Source: Paraspadella gotoi (lineage: Eukaryota; Animalia; Chaetognatha). Taken from it: a stretch of 7,359 bases of DNA. Location: positions 17,325 through 24,683 of the forward strand of contig JBJCIZ010000819.1 in the NCBI GenBank assembly GCA_051294375.1, given 5' to 3'. The notes below the pieces were generated by a model. The model did no database searches. It worked only from the letters and a program-made list of their open reading frames with translations, and was not told where the DNA came from. Both the position numbers and the translations under genes were made by a program. Numbering within the stretch: position 1 is the stretch's first letter; each line of letters begins with the position of its first letter. This document shows positions 6,871 through 7,359 of this stretch, piece after piece.

Positions 6871-7359
6871 GCAGAAGATGAAGATGGGAAAATTGCCTTT
6901 TTTAGTTTTCATTCACCAGATTGATGGTGTTTTTTAGTTTTTGGTCCAACTTTATCTAGTATTAGATCGTGATTTAGAACCGGGGAAACTATGATTGATT
7001 TTGAAACCCGTTTTTGATTGACCACTTGGTCCTGTGTGGCCTATGTGTCACTTGGAAAGTGAGGGTGGGTGTGTAAGTAGAACCAGTGGGCCACAGATAG
7101 TTTGTGGACCGATAGGACTGAAGATATCTTTCTCTAGCCTCTCTCCTCTTCTCCCCGGGTCAAACCTCAGTCAGAATTTGGATACGAGTTTAGTTTTGAT
7201 AGATTCCGTTGCTTGGACTAAGTTCCCTCGGGTTATTTTTTAACCATTTTCCTCGGCATTTACACTGGCTTTAACGAATTATTACTGGATTATATGACGG
7301 ATTATTGATGCCATTTCTTTAGAATTATACTTCGATTTACTCTATGATTTTTCTATACA

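Noticed and set aside
6376-6912. 178-aa - strand ORF
   Set aside because: Its Phe/Leu/Ser-rich composition is what the antisense of a purine-rich + strand would give. The splice and motif signals are on the + strand.
7020-7243. Short hairpins (GACCACTTGGTC, CCACAGATAGTTTGTGG) and a 69-aa ORF
   Set aside because: Stems of only 5-7 bp are expected by chance, and no recognisable element or protein is present.

Overview
AT-rich, repeat-dense eukaryotic draft-scaffold window with two N-gaps (825-1431, 3244-3253). It is most likely an invertebrate animal, inferred from the repeat families. No intact protein-coding gene, RNA gene or CRISPR array is supportable. In order: (i) a G-rich TTAGGG-like tract and an array of TGGCGA-NN-TCGCCA palindromes; (ii) two long inverted copies of a (TTAA)n-containing Helentron/DINE-1-like repeat (388-824 and 2749-3131), flanked by a 5-bp TATAA direct repeat, so they may be the arms of one ~2.7 kb foldback-type element; (iii) a 281-codon Ser-rich plus coiled-coil frame resembling the N-terminus of a BEL/Pao Gag, broken by one TGA; (iv) a ~210-nt poly(A) tract; (v) a heavily decayed CR1/L2/Crack-like LINE ORF2 3' half; (vi) two long stretches of + frame 2 (5903-6271, 6473-6934) interrupted only by TGA (16 times, never TAA/TAG). 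One stretch has splice signals at both ends, and the other reads as a bZIP-like basic region when TGA is restored to CGA (Arg). All family assignments are from motif recognition by eye, not database searches.
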